Part shown: positions 1 to 12,987 of the stretch, one piece after another
Layout of the letters: each line of letters begins with the position of its first letter
Position numbering within the stretch: the first letter of the stretch is position 1
NCBI GenBank assembly: GCA_034226945.1
Contig: CP120458.1
Location: 620,001-684,000 of the forward strand
Origin: Picochlorum sp. SENEW3
Lineage: Eukaryota
DNA: 64,000 bases
Direction of reading: 5' to 3'
Translations under genes and position numbers: made by a program
The notes under the pieces: generated by a model
The model's input: the letters and a program-made list of their open reading frames with translations, nothing else
What the model was told of the DNA's origin: nothing
The model's database searches: none

Positions 1-619
1 GTTGGAGCCATGTGATGCATCTTCCATCTTTTGAAGTCATTCTCATGACGAGGTGAACCCACGAGTACGATACTGTCAACAGGATACCTGATTCAGAGGA
101 TCGTTCTGTATAGCGAAGGCCTCTGAGAAGCAGCTGGTAAAATCCATCTCGAGCGATTTTGCCTTCCTTTATCGTACATCTCTGGGGTGCAGAACACGAC
201 GCAAAACAGTTCGAAATGGCATGTACCTGTCAAGGGTGCATGTTACACAATACTGCGCGGGAATAGGAGACGGATTCGACAACTTGGACCACAGCATGGA
301 GAAACAACGCAGCGGCCCTGTACATATGTGGTATGGACAACGAATAAATCCATCGAATTGGTACTATGTCCCCGAGAGAGTGCGCCATCGCTCAAGTGGC
401 GTAATTGGAATGAATCTTTAGGACAGGTTAGGTGTTGCAGCCTGCCTATAAAGTCCTGGATAATGTACAGAGGCTGGGGTCATGTGAGACATATCCCCGG
501 GGTTTTGAAGTCGTGATCATCTTGAAGAATGCGGTAGACTGGGATTTCAAAATTATAGTGACAAAGTGGACGCATTCGATGGCCTGGGTAGGATTGATCA
601 GACATTGGGTGTCTGGGTG

Positions 620-1600
620 CGTCATTCCCGCAGAATGGGATTACACAGTTGAATTTCGAGTGGTCGACTTTCTAAAGTAAACCCCGGGGGCGTTGATGTA
701 ATATCATACATATAAACATCGACAGAATATGAGGCAGTGAGGCTAGCATCCTCCTCCAAAGGTGCAGGGCTGAGGAAGTATTATTATCGTTTTGTGGGCG
801 AGCGCAGCGAGCCTTATTATGCATGTATCGCATATAGATACATTCTGCCAGCAAGCACTAGCATTGGTCTACAACAGATCCGTGCTTTTTTCTTTATGCT
901 GCTCCTGAATTCCATCTTTGCTCCTTCGTTCTACCCATGGGTGAATGCCAGAGGCGATGATGCTTTTGCCCGAGCGCAGCGAGGCCAATAGTTCTCTATC
1001 TATTTGATCGCGATACCTTCAGGTTAGCGATAGTTATGGCGAGCGCAGCGATGCCATTTTAGTTTTTCCATGCATGGGAGCAGGCCATGTTTGTGTTCTT
1101 CCATGGCAGCCGTGTCCATGGCATTGTTGGAGTTTATCAAACAATCTGCGCAAAACCAGTGCTGAGGGTTAGTACCCGATGTGTGCACGGGTCTTTCCAC
1201 CGGAATGCGATGAGACAGTGGAATTTCGAAGGGTCAACTTACTTAATCAAGCATCGATCTCCGACGGGATAGGAGGCAGTGAAGTTGACAGCATCCTCCA
1301 AAGGTGCATGGCTGAGGAAGTATTATTATGGTTTTTGTGGGCGAGCGCAGTGAGCCTTATATATATATTGCATATACACATTCTGCTACCAACCATTAGG
1401 CACTTCCTTACTTCATGCTGCTCCTTCCATTTATCCATGGCTGATGGCAGAAACTACAATTCTTTTGGCCGAGCACAGCGAGCTATATATTCTCCACATA
1501 TTTGATCGCAATGCCTTCAGGCGAGCGATAGTGATGGCGGGCGTAGCGATGCCATTCATTTTTTTTTCACTCATACTGCAGCAATTTTTGTGTCCTTCCA
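620..1600. repeat. Diverged tandem duplication, ~540-570 bp unit (about 620-1080 vs 1190-1600)
   Basis: Collinear shared blocks, e.g. ctccaaaggtgca.ggctgaggaagtattattat at ~754 and ~1297, and gaatttcga at ~651 and ~1221. Confidence 0.85.
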
Positions 1601-2412
1601 TGTCAGTGGTTCGCGAGCAAAGCAATGTCATCTGTTTTCCTCAAAGACACTGTCTGCATGGTCATGCAGTATTACCAAACCCACCTCGGACGCGCTGGGA
1701 GGATGGTGCCCGGTCATGCCAGGCACTTCGAACAAGGATTCCTTACCAGTTTGCAACTGTGTGCTTGCGAAGGCCCTCCACAGGCACTCAACAGCAACAT
1801 CCAGGTGGCCGATGGGTGAGGAAGGATCCCGCCCGTGCCGAACGCAGTGAGGCCCCGGTTTAAGGGATCCTGACGAGGCCGGAGGACACAACTTCCTCCT
1901 TACACTCAGAGGGAAGACATCGTCACCAGCTTTGTCTGCCACACTCTGGAAAACGTCCCTCCTTTATTTGTTTCTCCATTCCATGTACTGCAGTCTTAGT
2001 CCTTTACAGCAAACAGACGGGGTCTTTATCCGGTTTGGCGAGCGACACGAGCCCTGTATCCTGTTTGCTTCATTTTGATATATGTTCGAGAGCGTTAGGC
2101 CTGCGAACTGGCTGGCGAAGAAGGCGATGCCAGGTTTTTCCAGCTGCCCAAATGCCAGGGAGCCTGGCATGTCTCTGGTTATGTGACACTGGTTACATTG
2201 AGTTGGCCGAGCGGAGCGAGGCCTATTTGTTATTGCAAGGCCGCCAGGCCTGCGATTGGGCTGGAGAGCGAAGCGATACCAGCCTTCTTTTATGATCTTC
2301 GGCGGCACACTGTCATCATGTCTATGTAAACGTTCCATCTAACCGACACAGCCGCGCAGCGACAGAGGGAGCCCTTCGGGCGACCGACCTGACAGGCGAG
2401 CGAAGCGATGCC
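797..2412 (+). repeat. Array of ~11 GNA-triloop mini-hairpins (stem-GA-gc-GNA-gc-GA-stem)
   Basis: Copies at 797, 968, 1038, 1340, 1467, 1536, 1837, 2037, 2205, 2263 and 2395, all on the + strand; some are degenerate. Confidence 0.85.
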
Positions 2413-2710
2413 TGCAAAAGACCCATGGCCTTGGGCCATGGAGTTTGGCATTTGCCAAACGGGTCAAACTAGTCCCCTATAAAAAAAAATTAAATAATCC
2501 CCTATCAAAAAAAAAAATCCATACCTCTCTTGCCCATAGGTACAAAACCCTGAAAACTCTTCTCTGTATGGAAACACGAATCCGAAGTGGCACGGCCATA
2601 AAGAAATGGCCCCCCGACCACAAAATCGGAAAGAAAATGAAAAATTAAAACTTTTCGGTAGCGTGGAATATCCCTGAAGTGCTCCGTTTCGCTGCACGAG
2701 GGCGATGATG

Positions 2711-2922
2711 GAGGTATGGAAGAGGTCTTGTTTAAGACCCCGAGCTAAATCCACGGTCGCCTAAAATACCCGACCGGCCAAACAAGGTCCAAAATCTAAA
2801 TGTTTTCTAACCCTAATACCCTAATCCCCCGGCCCCCTACCCAACCCTACCCGGTCCCTGGACCATTTGATGGGAACCCCCTAAATTTCAGGGGGTCTTA
2901 AATAAGGCCTCTTCTCTGTATG
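2711..2922 (-). mobile_element. 212-bp non-autonomous DNA transposon (MITE-like), copy 1
   Basis: Reverse complement of 25888-26099; subterminal IR AAGAGGYCTTRTTTAAGACCCC; flanks cgatgatg/ggatgatg (7/8 TSD). Confidence 0.9.
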
Positions 2923-5669
2923 GGATGATGACAATGGAGGATTAATAACTTTGACGATACGGCCAACAGAGACCCTTAAAAGATTCAATTAATGATATTA
3001 TTCGGAAATCTGGGTCATATAAGTAAGCGAAACTGGCGGAAGGTAAAAATTCGGTGAATCGGACGAATTTCGATGTAAACTTTCTAGAACGATAATGCCC
3101 GGTGACACAACCAACAGAATTCAAAAAATACACCGATTAATTGGGTAGAAAAGACTCATAGAAAGGCTCAAAGATGAGGAAGATATTGCGACTAATGTTC
3201 GCGATAGTCGACCTTGACCTCATGGGTTGACTGGGCACCACCTGGTGACAAGGAGAGTCAACGTGCTACTGTGATGTGGTGAGTTGACCAGGCATTTCAT
3301 CAGACACACCTGCAGAATGGAGACTTGTTGCTCTTTGATGTCAACACTGGTGTGGATGACCCTTTTGACTCGAGCTTTGAAGAGCCAAGGCGATGCAAAT
3401 ATCAGATGACAGTCATGAACACGCCAATACCCATCTTCCTCTTCTCGATCGCAGAGAAGGCTACGCCTACGCCCTAGAAATGCGGAGGATGCAAACTACC
3501 ATCTTGAACACGAGGATCTGGACAATTTGTCAGACGACAAAACTAAAAGTTTGAAGGTCATGTCACACAAGAGAAAGACAATCTCTCAGACCAACCTCAG
3601 GCCTTGGACAAATATTTTCAACGTTTTCGTTCCCTGTCTTGTCGTTGGCATACTTCGCTGAACAGCATCTGATTAATACTGTCTCCACAGGCAATAAAGC
3701 AACAGATCTACGCCCTGCTTGGTCAAAAAGGACTCTCTTGGCTCAGGCCTTCAACAAACTTGCAAGGAAAAGAGCCATGAATAATACTACTGGCGACTTC
3801 TTGCATTGGTTTCTCTCTACACTTGATATCTAGTGTCACATCGGATTACCTAGTAAATATCTGCACTTCATCGCTATGCCCCATGATAAGTATCCACACT
3901 TGCAGATCTCTCACAATCCAAGTAAGCTCTCCCAATCTACAAATCAGTTTACCCAAATGTCTATTTACGATCGCTAATCAACTCACAAATCGCCACTTTC
4001 GGCCCTCCACTACTTGTTTATATTTAAACTCGTGGTACAATTTCTGTAAGGTCTTTTTGGACCTCCGGAGGTCGGAGGGGATCCCCTGTGGCCTCGTGTG
4101 GGTTGAGTATCACTCGAGCGTTAACAACGTGGTTCGCAGAATGACCAACACCATTCTGCGAACACAACTCGCGGGTAAGGGCCAGCTGCAGCAAGTATGC
4201 AACAACGAAGAGGGAAAACGACGCAATTGGGAGTAACTAGTCTGTCCCTGACAAGGGTGTGACTGATGCATTGAAGAGAGACTAAAGTCAGATTTGCCTG
4301 AAGTATGACAGCCCTACTGCTCCTGTACGGTTTAGTGGTACCAAAGGTAAAAATTTCACAACCTGGAGCAGTCGTCATTTGGAAGGTCGAGGAAACCTGT
4401 TTCATTCACTAATGCTACACTGGCTCAAACAAAACACTACAGAGAAGTATGTCCAATGGACAATGTACAGGTCAGGAGGTTTTGTATATACAAAGGGATA
4501 TATCCCTTGATAAATTTCTCAACATTTTATTGAGGGATTTCCTCCTGTGGGGCTTGTATGATTTGGAGGATATTCGTCATATTTTTGGACTGTGTAATAA
4601 TCCCCTATTAAAAAAAAGGATTCTGCTGTCTGACCTTCTTCCATCTCTTCTTACTCACTGGTTTCTTGCTTTTTTCCCCTCCCTGGTCTCGGGGATGAAC
4701 TGAAGACCGAGGTCCGTGTTATATGCCTCCACCCGTATGCTTAGAGAATTTTTTTTGTTGCTTGTTTCTCATGCTATCCTGGGCATTTCTAAAGCACCCT
4801 AACAAGCCTGTAACTGGTGAGTGCCATCAGAGTTGATGCAAGCTGTGGTGCATTTAGGCACCTGGGGAGGACAATACCTCAGCCCTCAAGGACTGTACAA
4901 AACAGCCACGTATCTAAAGAAGAGGAGATTTCAAGGTAAGTTCTGTGAGAATGGCCATTTCATCCTCACGCAAGTTTATCAAATTCAAGTACCAGTATAC
5001 GAGGGATACCAGTGTATGATTAATTGATTGCTGCACAATCCACGCTCTATTCGAACCCAACTGCCAGTGAAAACCGAGCAGTGCTGTTGACAAGGAGATG
5101 TGACGGCAAGTATCAAATAGACTGTACCTTCTCGAAGGTGAGTGAGCATACTTCCCATGTCACTCATAATGTGCTGTCACGAAGTGGGATGGAGCACTTG
5201 GTGTCCCTGGTGGCAAGTTTGGAATAATTCATCAGGCGGTCCAATATACCCTCGAATACATCAACTTTCGACACGTATAGAAACAGTGAATATCGCCATG
5301 GAAACCTCGTGTGTATCTCCAGACTCTTTGCTCGTGTAAGCCCTTTGCTTAAAATTTGGTGATCTTGCATATAACAATAGTACTTCATAGGTACATTGCC
5401 ATTGTTTGTTGAATCTAAAAACGTTTTCAACCATTCGAATGTTAAGCCAATCTCAACCCAAAATCAGAATTCTAAGCCTTCCATCAGACAACCAGAGTGA
5501 CAGAATCGTAGCAAAAAGTTTTTTGACAAGGGCACTTCGGTGGATATCTGACAGGATGCTTCGGTGCCCATTAGATGCACTGCATTACCAGCGAATGCAT
5601 GATGTCCTGGCATTTCGGATTAAGCCTGGAAGCCTTGTCATGTGATCGTGCAGAATATAAAATCCACAA

Positions 5670-6623
5670 CTACAGCCCTTGTGACGAGTACAACTGGTTT
5701 CCAGTTGATTGAGCATTCCCATGAACAAATATTGTTCCTTTCGGATACTCAGATGGGCGCCAATCCGACCCTAAATTGTTGTATATGAATTCATGGTATC
5801 GATACTTGGATGCAAACTTGACCTTCATGTCCCAACTTGCGCTATTACCATGTGCCATCCATTCATGGAAAATGAAGGATATCAGGGCATCCCACGCTAA
5901 ATCTGGATGATTCTTTCCAACTTTTTCCACGTAGTTGAACAACTCGATAGAATCGGGTTGCGTGGAATACAGTGCTGCGCCATTAATGTGATCCATGTAA
6001 AAGTGAGGCGAGGCCAAATTCAGTGAGGCCCACTTCTTGTTTTGTGGTATGGATCCTAACATCACATAGTCGACTTCATGGCGTACCACATCTACATACA
6101 GTCTATCTAACCAATTCTTCACCACTGGCTGGACATCATGTTCCATCCAGAAGAATGCCTCATACCCTCTGTGGCGAGCATCAGAGAAGGCGGAATGGAA
6201 CATTTTGTTTGCAGCTCTGGGATAGACTTCGTCTTGTGCCGGTAGATTCACGTTCCAAAGAGAGATGGTATTGAAGCATTTTCTGTTCGCTGTACCCATT
6301 GCAGCAACGAGTTCTCTAAGGAAGACGTCCTCTGCTATCGTATCGTTCAAAGTGTTGATCTGAAATACAAGGTCCACGCGGTTCTTGACGTAGTATGATC
6401 CATGGCATGCTTTGGGCCACACACGCATAGATTGGATGGTTAAATCATATTTATGATTCACTACGGGAACCAAGATAGCAAATGTGGCTCGAGGAGGAGG
6501 ACCAGCTAGCTTCACGCTCCATAGTACTGCGGCGGTCGAGCACAGCGCCAACAGGTATACCTCAACTTTCCGATATCGTTTGCTGTCCTTTTTGTTGTTG
6601 CTGCTTCTTGTAGTGCGACGCAT
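5670..6623 (-). CDS. Type-II membrane protein, putative GT-A-like glycosyltransferase
   Basis: 317-aa ORF; basic N-tail plus TM helix; FFWMEHD (DxD-like) and HINGAALY motifs. Confidence 0.6.
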   Translation of the reverse strand: MRRTTRSSNNKKDSKRYRKVEVYLLALCSTAAVLWSVKLAGPPPRATFAILVPVVNHKYDLTIQSMRVWPKACHGSYYVKNRVDLVFQINTLNDTIAEDVFLRELVAAMGTANRKCFNTISLWNVNLPAQDEVYPRAANKMFHSAFSDARHRGYEAFFWMEHDVQPVVKNWLDRLYVDVVRHEVDYVMLGSIPQNKKWASLNLASPHFYMDHINGAALYSTQPDSIELFNYVEKVGKNHPDLAWDALISFIFHEWMAHGNSASWDMKVKFASKYRYHEFIYNNLGSDWRPSEYPKGTIFVHGNAQSTGNQLYSSQGL

Positions 6624-7843
6624 TTTGATGATTTGGAAAGTATGCCGATAGCAGCGTCTTGGGGATGAAGCCGAATAATAGCCATTTGGCAGCCAAGGGC
6701 TCCATTAGTTGTATTCATGCAGGCGCGTCATGAAATGCTGATCAACATGAGGCCGCCCTAGGCCTAACAAACCACTCAAGATCGACTCCTATCCCATATT
6801 CACGCCCAAACTCTCACCTTGCCATACCTGTGGCTGGAATGTGCATGGTGAGTCTGGATAGACGTCTTTCCCTGATTTGTGAGAATATCCCATGAAAAAG
6901 TGCTAGTGCAGCATATGAAAAGAATGAAAGAATGGCTGACATGCATCATTAGGAATGCATTACGTCGCTCTAGTATTCCTTATTAGTGGGGAAAGTTCAT
7001 GCATCTATATGAGGTCAAAGTCCATCAGGTAACAACCAGGGAGAAACCAAGCTCAGAGTACGAGGCCAAACTCTGCAGGCAAAAGAGTAATTAAACCATA
7101 AAAGTGAGATGCAGAATAATAGGTAGAGGAGATTCTGTGCACTCAGCGCATAGGGACATGTGCCTCTCAAGGATGCAATGCTGTACTGGTTTTCTCTGGG
7201 AACAATTTTAGACAGCAATCTGATGGTGCCTGCTCAAGACGATTCACAGGGTGTGTAGAGCATTTCTAAGCGATAATTAATCCACAAATCATGCTTTAAA
7301 AGAATGGGCTCCACCATGATTTCTATTCTCTCTCTCAGTCTCTCTCTAGAGAGTCTCTGCATGGTCTGACTTGCTATGGGGCCCTCCTAGGAGGCTTAGG
7401 GGTCTTGATCAAGAATGCCATGTTCTGCCGCATTTCCGCGTATATGGGTGAGCACCGCTCAGCTCTAGAGGTTTTATCATTGCTTGCCACCCTAAAGCAC
7501 CGCGGCGTTTCTTCCTATAAGCAAGAGTGCCGCAGCAATTGCAAGTGCTACTTTGGATGTGAAGAGGTTGTGGTCCAGCAAGGATAGGGGGGAATGGAAT
7601 CGGCAAAGAGAGGATAATGGGCCAAAGGATATTTTCTAGATTACTAGTATTTATATGTATTTGCAAAAGTTTACAAAAGCCAACTTTGGACCCAAACGCG
7701 GGGTATTACATTCACGGGAGTTATGGACCTTTAGAACTGGAAAAGTCGGTTCGACTATACATCAAGATCTTTCGTTACAATACGTATTCTATACACTCAT
7801 ATACTCAATATGAATTTCTGACCCAGCCAAGGCCGATATAGTC

Positions 7844-8932
7844 ATGGACGGCAGCAGGAAAGTCTACGAAGTAACCACAGCTGCAAATATGATGTCGAAC
7901 CAAGTCAGCAAGCAAACCAAATTGAATAGGAGAAGAAAGTATTATTCTCGAAAAAATGTGGGACAAGCGTTGGTGTATATTGACATAGCAAAAGTCCTAC
8001 TTGCTGTTTGTGTCATGTGGTTAACAGCAGCTGGACCACTAGGTAAGGATGCCATGTTGTTGGTGTTATCCTGATTGTCCGACTATATATGACCATATGA
8101 CTCAAGAGTCTACCGGAGTTTAGAGAGAACCAGAGAACTGATTGATTACTCAATAGAGAATACAATTGTCCAAGCCTTAGAATCGTGCAATCATGATAAA
8201 ATACCACTTTAACTATAAATACATTGTGCAGGGACATATATACACCACTGGGTACGAAGGCATGCATTCAATAAATTCCACCTCATCCAGCCAGTATACA
8301 TGCCAACCAATCCAAACAGAAAACACGAAATTGAGTATGTAATGAAAAAGAATGCAGCATTGTTCAAGCATTACAAACGAATAGATTCTCAGCATCTCTC
8401 AGACATATTCAAAGCATTCAAGCCACACAAAATCAACATCATTGCCAATGCTGATATATTCTTTGATGACACCATCAAGATGGCAAAATCTTTGCCGCAA
8501 AAGCATGTGTATGCCTTGAGCAGGCACGATAATAGCAATGGAAAGCTGTTCAAAAGACCAGATAGCCAGGATACATGGATATTTCATGGGCACATACAAA
8601 ACAGCATGCTGTTATCAGCACTCTACAACATCAATCTCACCCTAGGCAAACCAGGCATTGACAACAGACTGGCCTATGAATTGCTCCAAGCAGGATACCA
8701 AGTCAGCAACCCCAGCAAATCCATCACATCATGGCACGTCCACGGCACCAATCTACGAGAATACTCTCATCTAGACGTTGTCCCTCCCCCATATGCTATA
8801 GTGTACCCAATGACTCTGGAAGACGTGCTTGCTGAAGGAGACTTTCATGCCACGAGAATTGAGATTTTCCCTCATGGCTTTTCCCTCGAGCAAGTGAGAA
8901 GGATAATTGCATATCAAGACGATGATGATTAG
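7844..8932 (+). pseudogene. GT-A-like glycosyltransferase, 5' part disrupted (open portion 8300-8932)
   Basis: IIANADIFFD, YALSR, SQDTWIF, GIDNRLAY and HVH motifs; TM-bearing N-terminus (7844-8074) separated by stops/frameshift. Confidence 0.6.
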
Positions 8933-9029
8933 AAGTGGCTGGAAGATCACCAGTTAAAGACATGATATTCTAAGATCACAATCGATCGTAACATATGGTT
9001 GGAAATAAATGCATTTCTAGCAGCCATCA

Positions 9030-10451
9030 TCAGGCAATGGATGCGACAATTTCTCTAAGAAGTCCTGAATTCTCATTTTCGCGCGTTTTGCGTACAAACA
9101 TATACATATCGTCCGTGAGCTCTTCACGCTTCTGGCTCCATTCGTGAGAATCCTGATGAAGGGCAACCATTTTCCGTGCAAATTCTTCCTCGTTATCGGC
9201 AATTGATAGCCCTAAATCAGGCATAGATCTGGATGCTTTCGATGTCGATATACAGGGAATACAATGTTTAGCTGCAAGAAGGGTCTTAGTATTGACCCCA
9301 GTCCCATAACGAATGGGAGCGATCAGCACCTTAGATTGATTAATCTCTACAGCGAGATCTTGTACAAACCCTAGAAACTTCACATTACTTAAATTAGATA
9401 CTATTTGTTTCCATTCCTGCCAGCAATGTGCAATGGGATTTGACCCTTTGCACAAAGGGTTTCCCCATGGTTCATTACCGATTATTTTTAGGGATGCAGA
9501 TGGCAGGCTCTTCTGTACTAGTGGCCATATTCTCAGCAGGAGCCAATCAAGTGAGTAATAGTTTGTACTCACATGACCATTCCCCACAAAAATGAAGCCG
9601 TTTCGCTCGTGAAAACTCATGCTTCTACTCCACGAGCAATTGCGGCTTGGTAACCCTATTGGCATGACCTTTGGGGTTCTTATGGTGAAATGCGCACTCT
9701 CATCTCGCAAATCCTCATCTGTCAAAAATACATTAACAGTAGCATAAGCATACAATACTTTCATCCTTGCCTTTATCAATTTTCCCTCTTCTTGCATCAA
9801 AGATATCTCCCTTTCTGATGCCGTTGGGGATTTCCTTAGATCTAAATTTCTAGCAAAGTGCGCATCGTCATGAAGCAGAATGGTCTTTGGTGTGACCAAC
9901 AATGCCGCATCATAGGGAATGTACTTGCTTATGATTGGCATGAACCCAGCATTCCAAAACCAAGTTTGGCTCAGCACCACATTGTATCCTTCCCTGTTAC
10001 AGAGGGATGTGAAATTGAACCTCTTGACTGTAAAATGCTGTCTAAATTCATGCAAATAGGAATCTTCCGGAATCTTAGTTATCTCATGTAGCAAATCGAC
10101 GCTGCTCCCGAGAGACTGCAGCAGTCTCACTACTTGAATCAGCCTCTGATCACATCCCAGAGAGGGCATGGGGATGTGTTCAGAGAGAACTGCTGCAATT
10201 AATACCCTTCTCGGACGAAAGAAAAAGGTAATTCTATCTTCCCTCATGATCCATACTATCGTAAGAAATAGTAATGGCAATAGGAATACTCTCAGGAACC
10301 ATTGAAAAATTCGCCGCTCGCATTCTTTTTTCCTGTATGTGAAAGTGGTTGCTGCATGTTGCCTTTTAGCTTTTAATTTTTTCACGCTTGCCCTATTTCG
10401 GAAAAGGAATTTAAAGAGAGGTCCAAGAGATTGGATCGTGGCGAAAGCCAT
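9030..10451 (-). CDS. GT4-type (GT-B) glycosyltransferase with type-II membrane anchor
   Basis: 473 aa; FVGNGH..N, FLGFVQDL and IAPIRYGTGVNTK resemble Glyco_trans_1_4; N-terminal TM. Confidence 0.8.
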   Translation of the reverse strand: MAFATIQSLGPLFKFLFRNRASVKKLKAKRQHAATTFTYRKKECERRIFQWFLRVFLLPLLFLTIVWIMREDRITFFFRPRRVLIAAVLSEHIPMPSLGCDQRLIQVVRLLQSLGSSVDLLHEITKIPEDSYLHEFRQHFTVKRFNFTSLCNREGYNVVLSQTWFWNAGFMPIISKYIPYDAALLVTPKTILLHDDAHFARNLDLRKSPTASEREISLMQEEGKLIKARMKVLYAYATVNVFLTDEDLRDESAHFTIRTPKVMPIGLPSRNCSWSRSMSFHERNGFIFVGNGHVSTNYYSLDWLLLRIWPLVQKSLPSASLKIIGNEPWGNPLCKGSNPIAHCWQEWKQIVSNLSNVKFLGFVQDLAVEINQSKVLIAPIRYGTGVNTKTLLAAKHCIPCISTSKASRSMPDLGLSIADNEEEFARKMVALHQDSHEWSQKREELTDDMYMFVRKTRENENSGLLREIVASIA

Positions 10452-11546
10452 TTCATTTCACTTCAATATCTGTTGATTTGCAATATCTTGACAGGCTCAG
10501 ACCGTAGATGACAGACCAGCAAATTTGTTTTTAAAACATAATATGCGCATTTGAATGCGCAAAAGCCCCCGCACTTCGTAGGTGCCATGTGCTGCGGCAT
10601 TCCCGCTTATAAGCGGGATCACCGCCGTATTCACTTACAGAAAATGTGGAAACCCCCTTGATTTTGGGTCGCTGATTTCGTCGCGCACAGGGCGTTATAT
10701 ATTCCCGCTCGTATATATTATTGATCAGTGTTACAAATAGAGTATCTCGTGAGAATTTGAGGCGAAATGGCCCGCGCAATCGGGAGTTCGCCTCTCGGAG
10801 TGCGAGGCAGATGCGCTTGAAAACGGACGTCCAAAAGTTGTGCTATCGGCGAGAATACGGGGTTCCCACGACGAATTGTGAAATAATAATTATATATGCA
10901 ACTTTTTGAACACGCGGGAGCGATTGAAACGGCCCCAGGAGGTAGGAGCGAGTGTGGATCAAAACAACCTTGTAAGAGGCTGGTCGGCAATTTCGGAAAA
11001 TTTTCGCAGCCGGATTGTACTTAATATATCTAATTACAACAGATCGTTGCTCGCCCCCTCCGGGGCTGCTCGATTTTTTTATATTTTTTACACGACACTT
11101 TACAATTCGATTTATTCACTGCTTTTTCCCCAATGATCACCCCTTGTTGTGCCACTGTAGGCACTGGGGCGACCATTGGGGAAAAACCGTTAACCGTCTG
11201 TTGCCAGACGGCGAGTCCTCTCCATTCCACGTCTATTCACACCTGCACCACACATAATTGTCAGTTCTTACCTTTATTAATTGTTTGGCGACGTGATTGG
11301 AGGGACTCTATACCTGCAGGCACATATACAAGGGTGGTCGTTAGTGATGGAATGTCGTTGGTCACGCTGCGAGCGAGTCGCTCTGCTACGAATTTGGAAC
11401 TTACATGAGAGTACATTGTTCATTTATTGATATTGTATCATTCTGAGGCTGTATGGTCAGTGCTAAATATTCACTTGGAAAAAACTATACCCGTCCAACC
11501 CAACCGCCCGGCTCTCTTGTGCATCTCCAGGGTGCTATGATGTGGG

Positions 11547-12896
11547 TCAATTCTCTTTGTCTTGTGCATCCTCGAGAGGCCTCCGTCGCCTGGATGTCCC
11601 TGTGATATATGTTTTAGCGTATTCGTTGCCACAATCCTGCGTTCGTCGCTGCTTCGCACCACGCTTTGCCCCTGGACGTCTGCTCTTCAGTTGCTCCACC
11701 TCCTTCTGGAGTTCGGCCACCTGTTTCTTGAGGATATCCCTCTCTGTCTTCGCCTCCTCGTATAATTTGTCTTTCCTATCCATTGATCGCTTCAGCTCAT
11801 TGTACTTTTCCTGGACATGTTTGACAGTGTCGAGTGCTTGCTTGTGTATTTGTTCAGACATGAGAGCTTTGGCCCTTCCATCAAATTCAGGATGTTCCTC
11901 TTTGACTTTGTGCAGATCGTCGACAATGATCGAATTGATTTCATTTCCTAAATTTTCCCTAGTCTCTGTAAAGAGAAAGGAATACTTGTCCGGGGAATAC
12001 CATCCAGGGAGCTTCTGTGACACCATGGGTCTCAGCTGCTCCAGCATATCTTCCATGGAAAAGAACCTCTTTCTCTCACCTTCTGCTGTCTGTCGGTCCA
12101 ATCTTTCCAAACAGTTGCCAATGCAATTAATCAGATGCCCCCCATAGTTGAGATACCACCTACGATCCGAATCCAGGCAATTTTGAACGTTGTCTTTGAC
12201 ATGTCTATTGTAGTTGTTCCTGTGATTTGAACTCAGGTATGTCATGAGTGTATCTGCTGTGTATGATGCCGAAACCCTGGCTAAATATTTGCATTCCAGC
12301 ATGACTTTTCGTCTGCATACCTCGTAGAGGATTTCATGTGCTTTGGGCATGCCTTTTTTCCGTGACAAGTACGCTCGACATTGCTCAGAGTCATTATCAT
12401 TGACAGGAGCTCTTGCCCAGTACTTGGTGCAGGCCTCGCGGGCGTGTTTTTCTATATGCTTCTTCTCCACAAATAGAGACTGAGAATCGCCGTCGATGGA
12501 AATCTCGCTTCCCTCGTCAATGTCTACGGGAGGAGAGTTGGCAACTTCACTAGGAGGGTCTGCCTCAAACCACCGCAAGATGCCCTCCATGTTTGGGGCC
12601 AAGTAATCCAGATCCACACGTATTCCTGAGCAATCCTCAGTTGCGATAATAATATCATTCTTGATTCCCTCCCTCTCTCGAAATGAAGCGATCTGCTTGC
12701 AGTATTCGTCTCCAGGTGTCGCTGACTCGGAGATTTGAATTTCTAGACAAGGGCCTTGCCCGGTTTTGTGATTGATTCGAATCATTTCGAGTACATTTTG
12801 GATAAAATATGCAGATCCTCCATAGCCAGGGCACGGAATGCACCAAATTACTCTTGGCCCCCAAAATGAAGAATTCAAAATGCCATAACAATGCAC
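11547..12896 (-). CDS. Hypothetical coiled-coil protein, divergent from the CACTA-type transposase (possible accessory TE ORF)
   Basis: 449-aa ORF (true start may be internal); C-terminal coiled coil and basic NLS-like tail; no motif recognised. Confidence 0.6.
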   Translation of the reverse strand: MHCYGILNSSFWGPRVIWCIPCPGYGGSAYFIQNVLEMIRINHKTGQGPCLEIQISESATPGDEYCKQIASFREREGIKNDIIIATEDCSGIRVDLDYLAPNMEGILRWFEADPPSEVANSPPVDIDEGSEISIDGDSQSLFVEKKHIEKHAREACTKYWARAPVNDNDSEQCRAYLSRKKGMPKAHEILYEVCRRKVMLECKYLARVSASYTADTLMTYLSSNHRNNYNRHVKDNVQNCLDSDRRWYLNYGGHLINCIGNCLERLDRQTAEGERKRFFSMEDMLEQLRPMVSQKLPGWYSPDKYSFLFTETRENLGNEINSIIVDDLHKVKEEHPEFDGRAKALMSEQIHKQALDTVKHVQEKYNELKRSMDRKDKLYEEAKTERDILKKQVAELQKEVEQLKSRRPGAKRGAKQRRTQDCGNEYAKTYITGTSRRRRPLEDAQDKEN

Positions 12897-12987
12897 ATCA
12901 TGGTGCGTGCTGCATTCTCATCGATTTGCCGAAGGTCGTCGCGATACTGCTGGACAATCAATTAATGCTTCCCTGATCGAAATTTCA

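Noticed and set aside
797..2412. CRISPR array
   Set aside because: Repeats are ~17 nt with highly variable, partly homologous spacers; no cas genes; eukaryotic context
2806..2852. True or interstitial telomere
   Set aside because: Only a few degenerate CCCTAA units, all internal to the 212-bp element
3200..5400. Decayed gene or TE remnants
   Set aside because: Short broken ORFs with no motif I can identify
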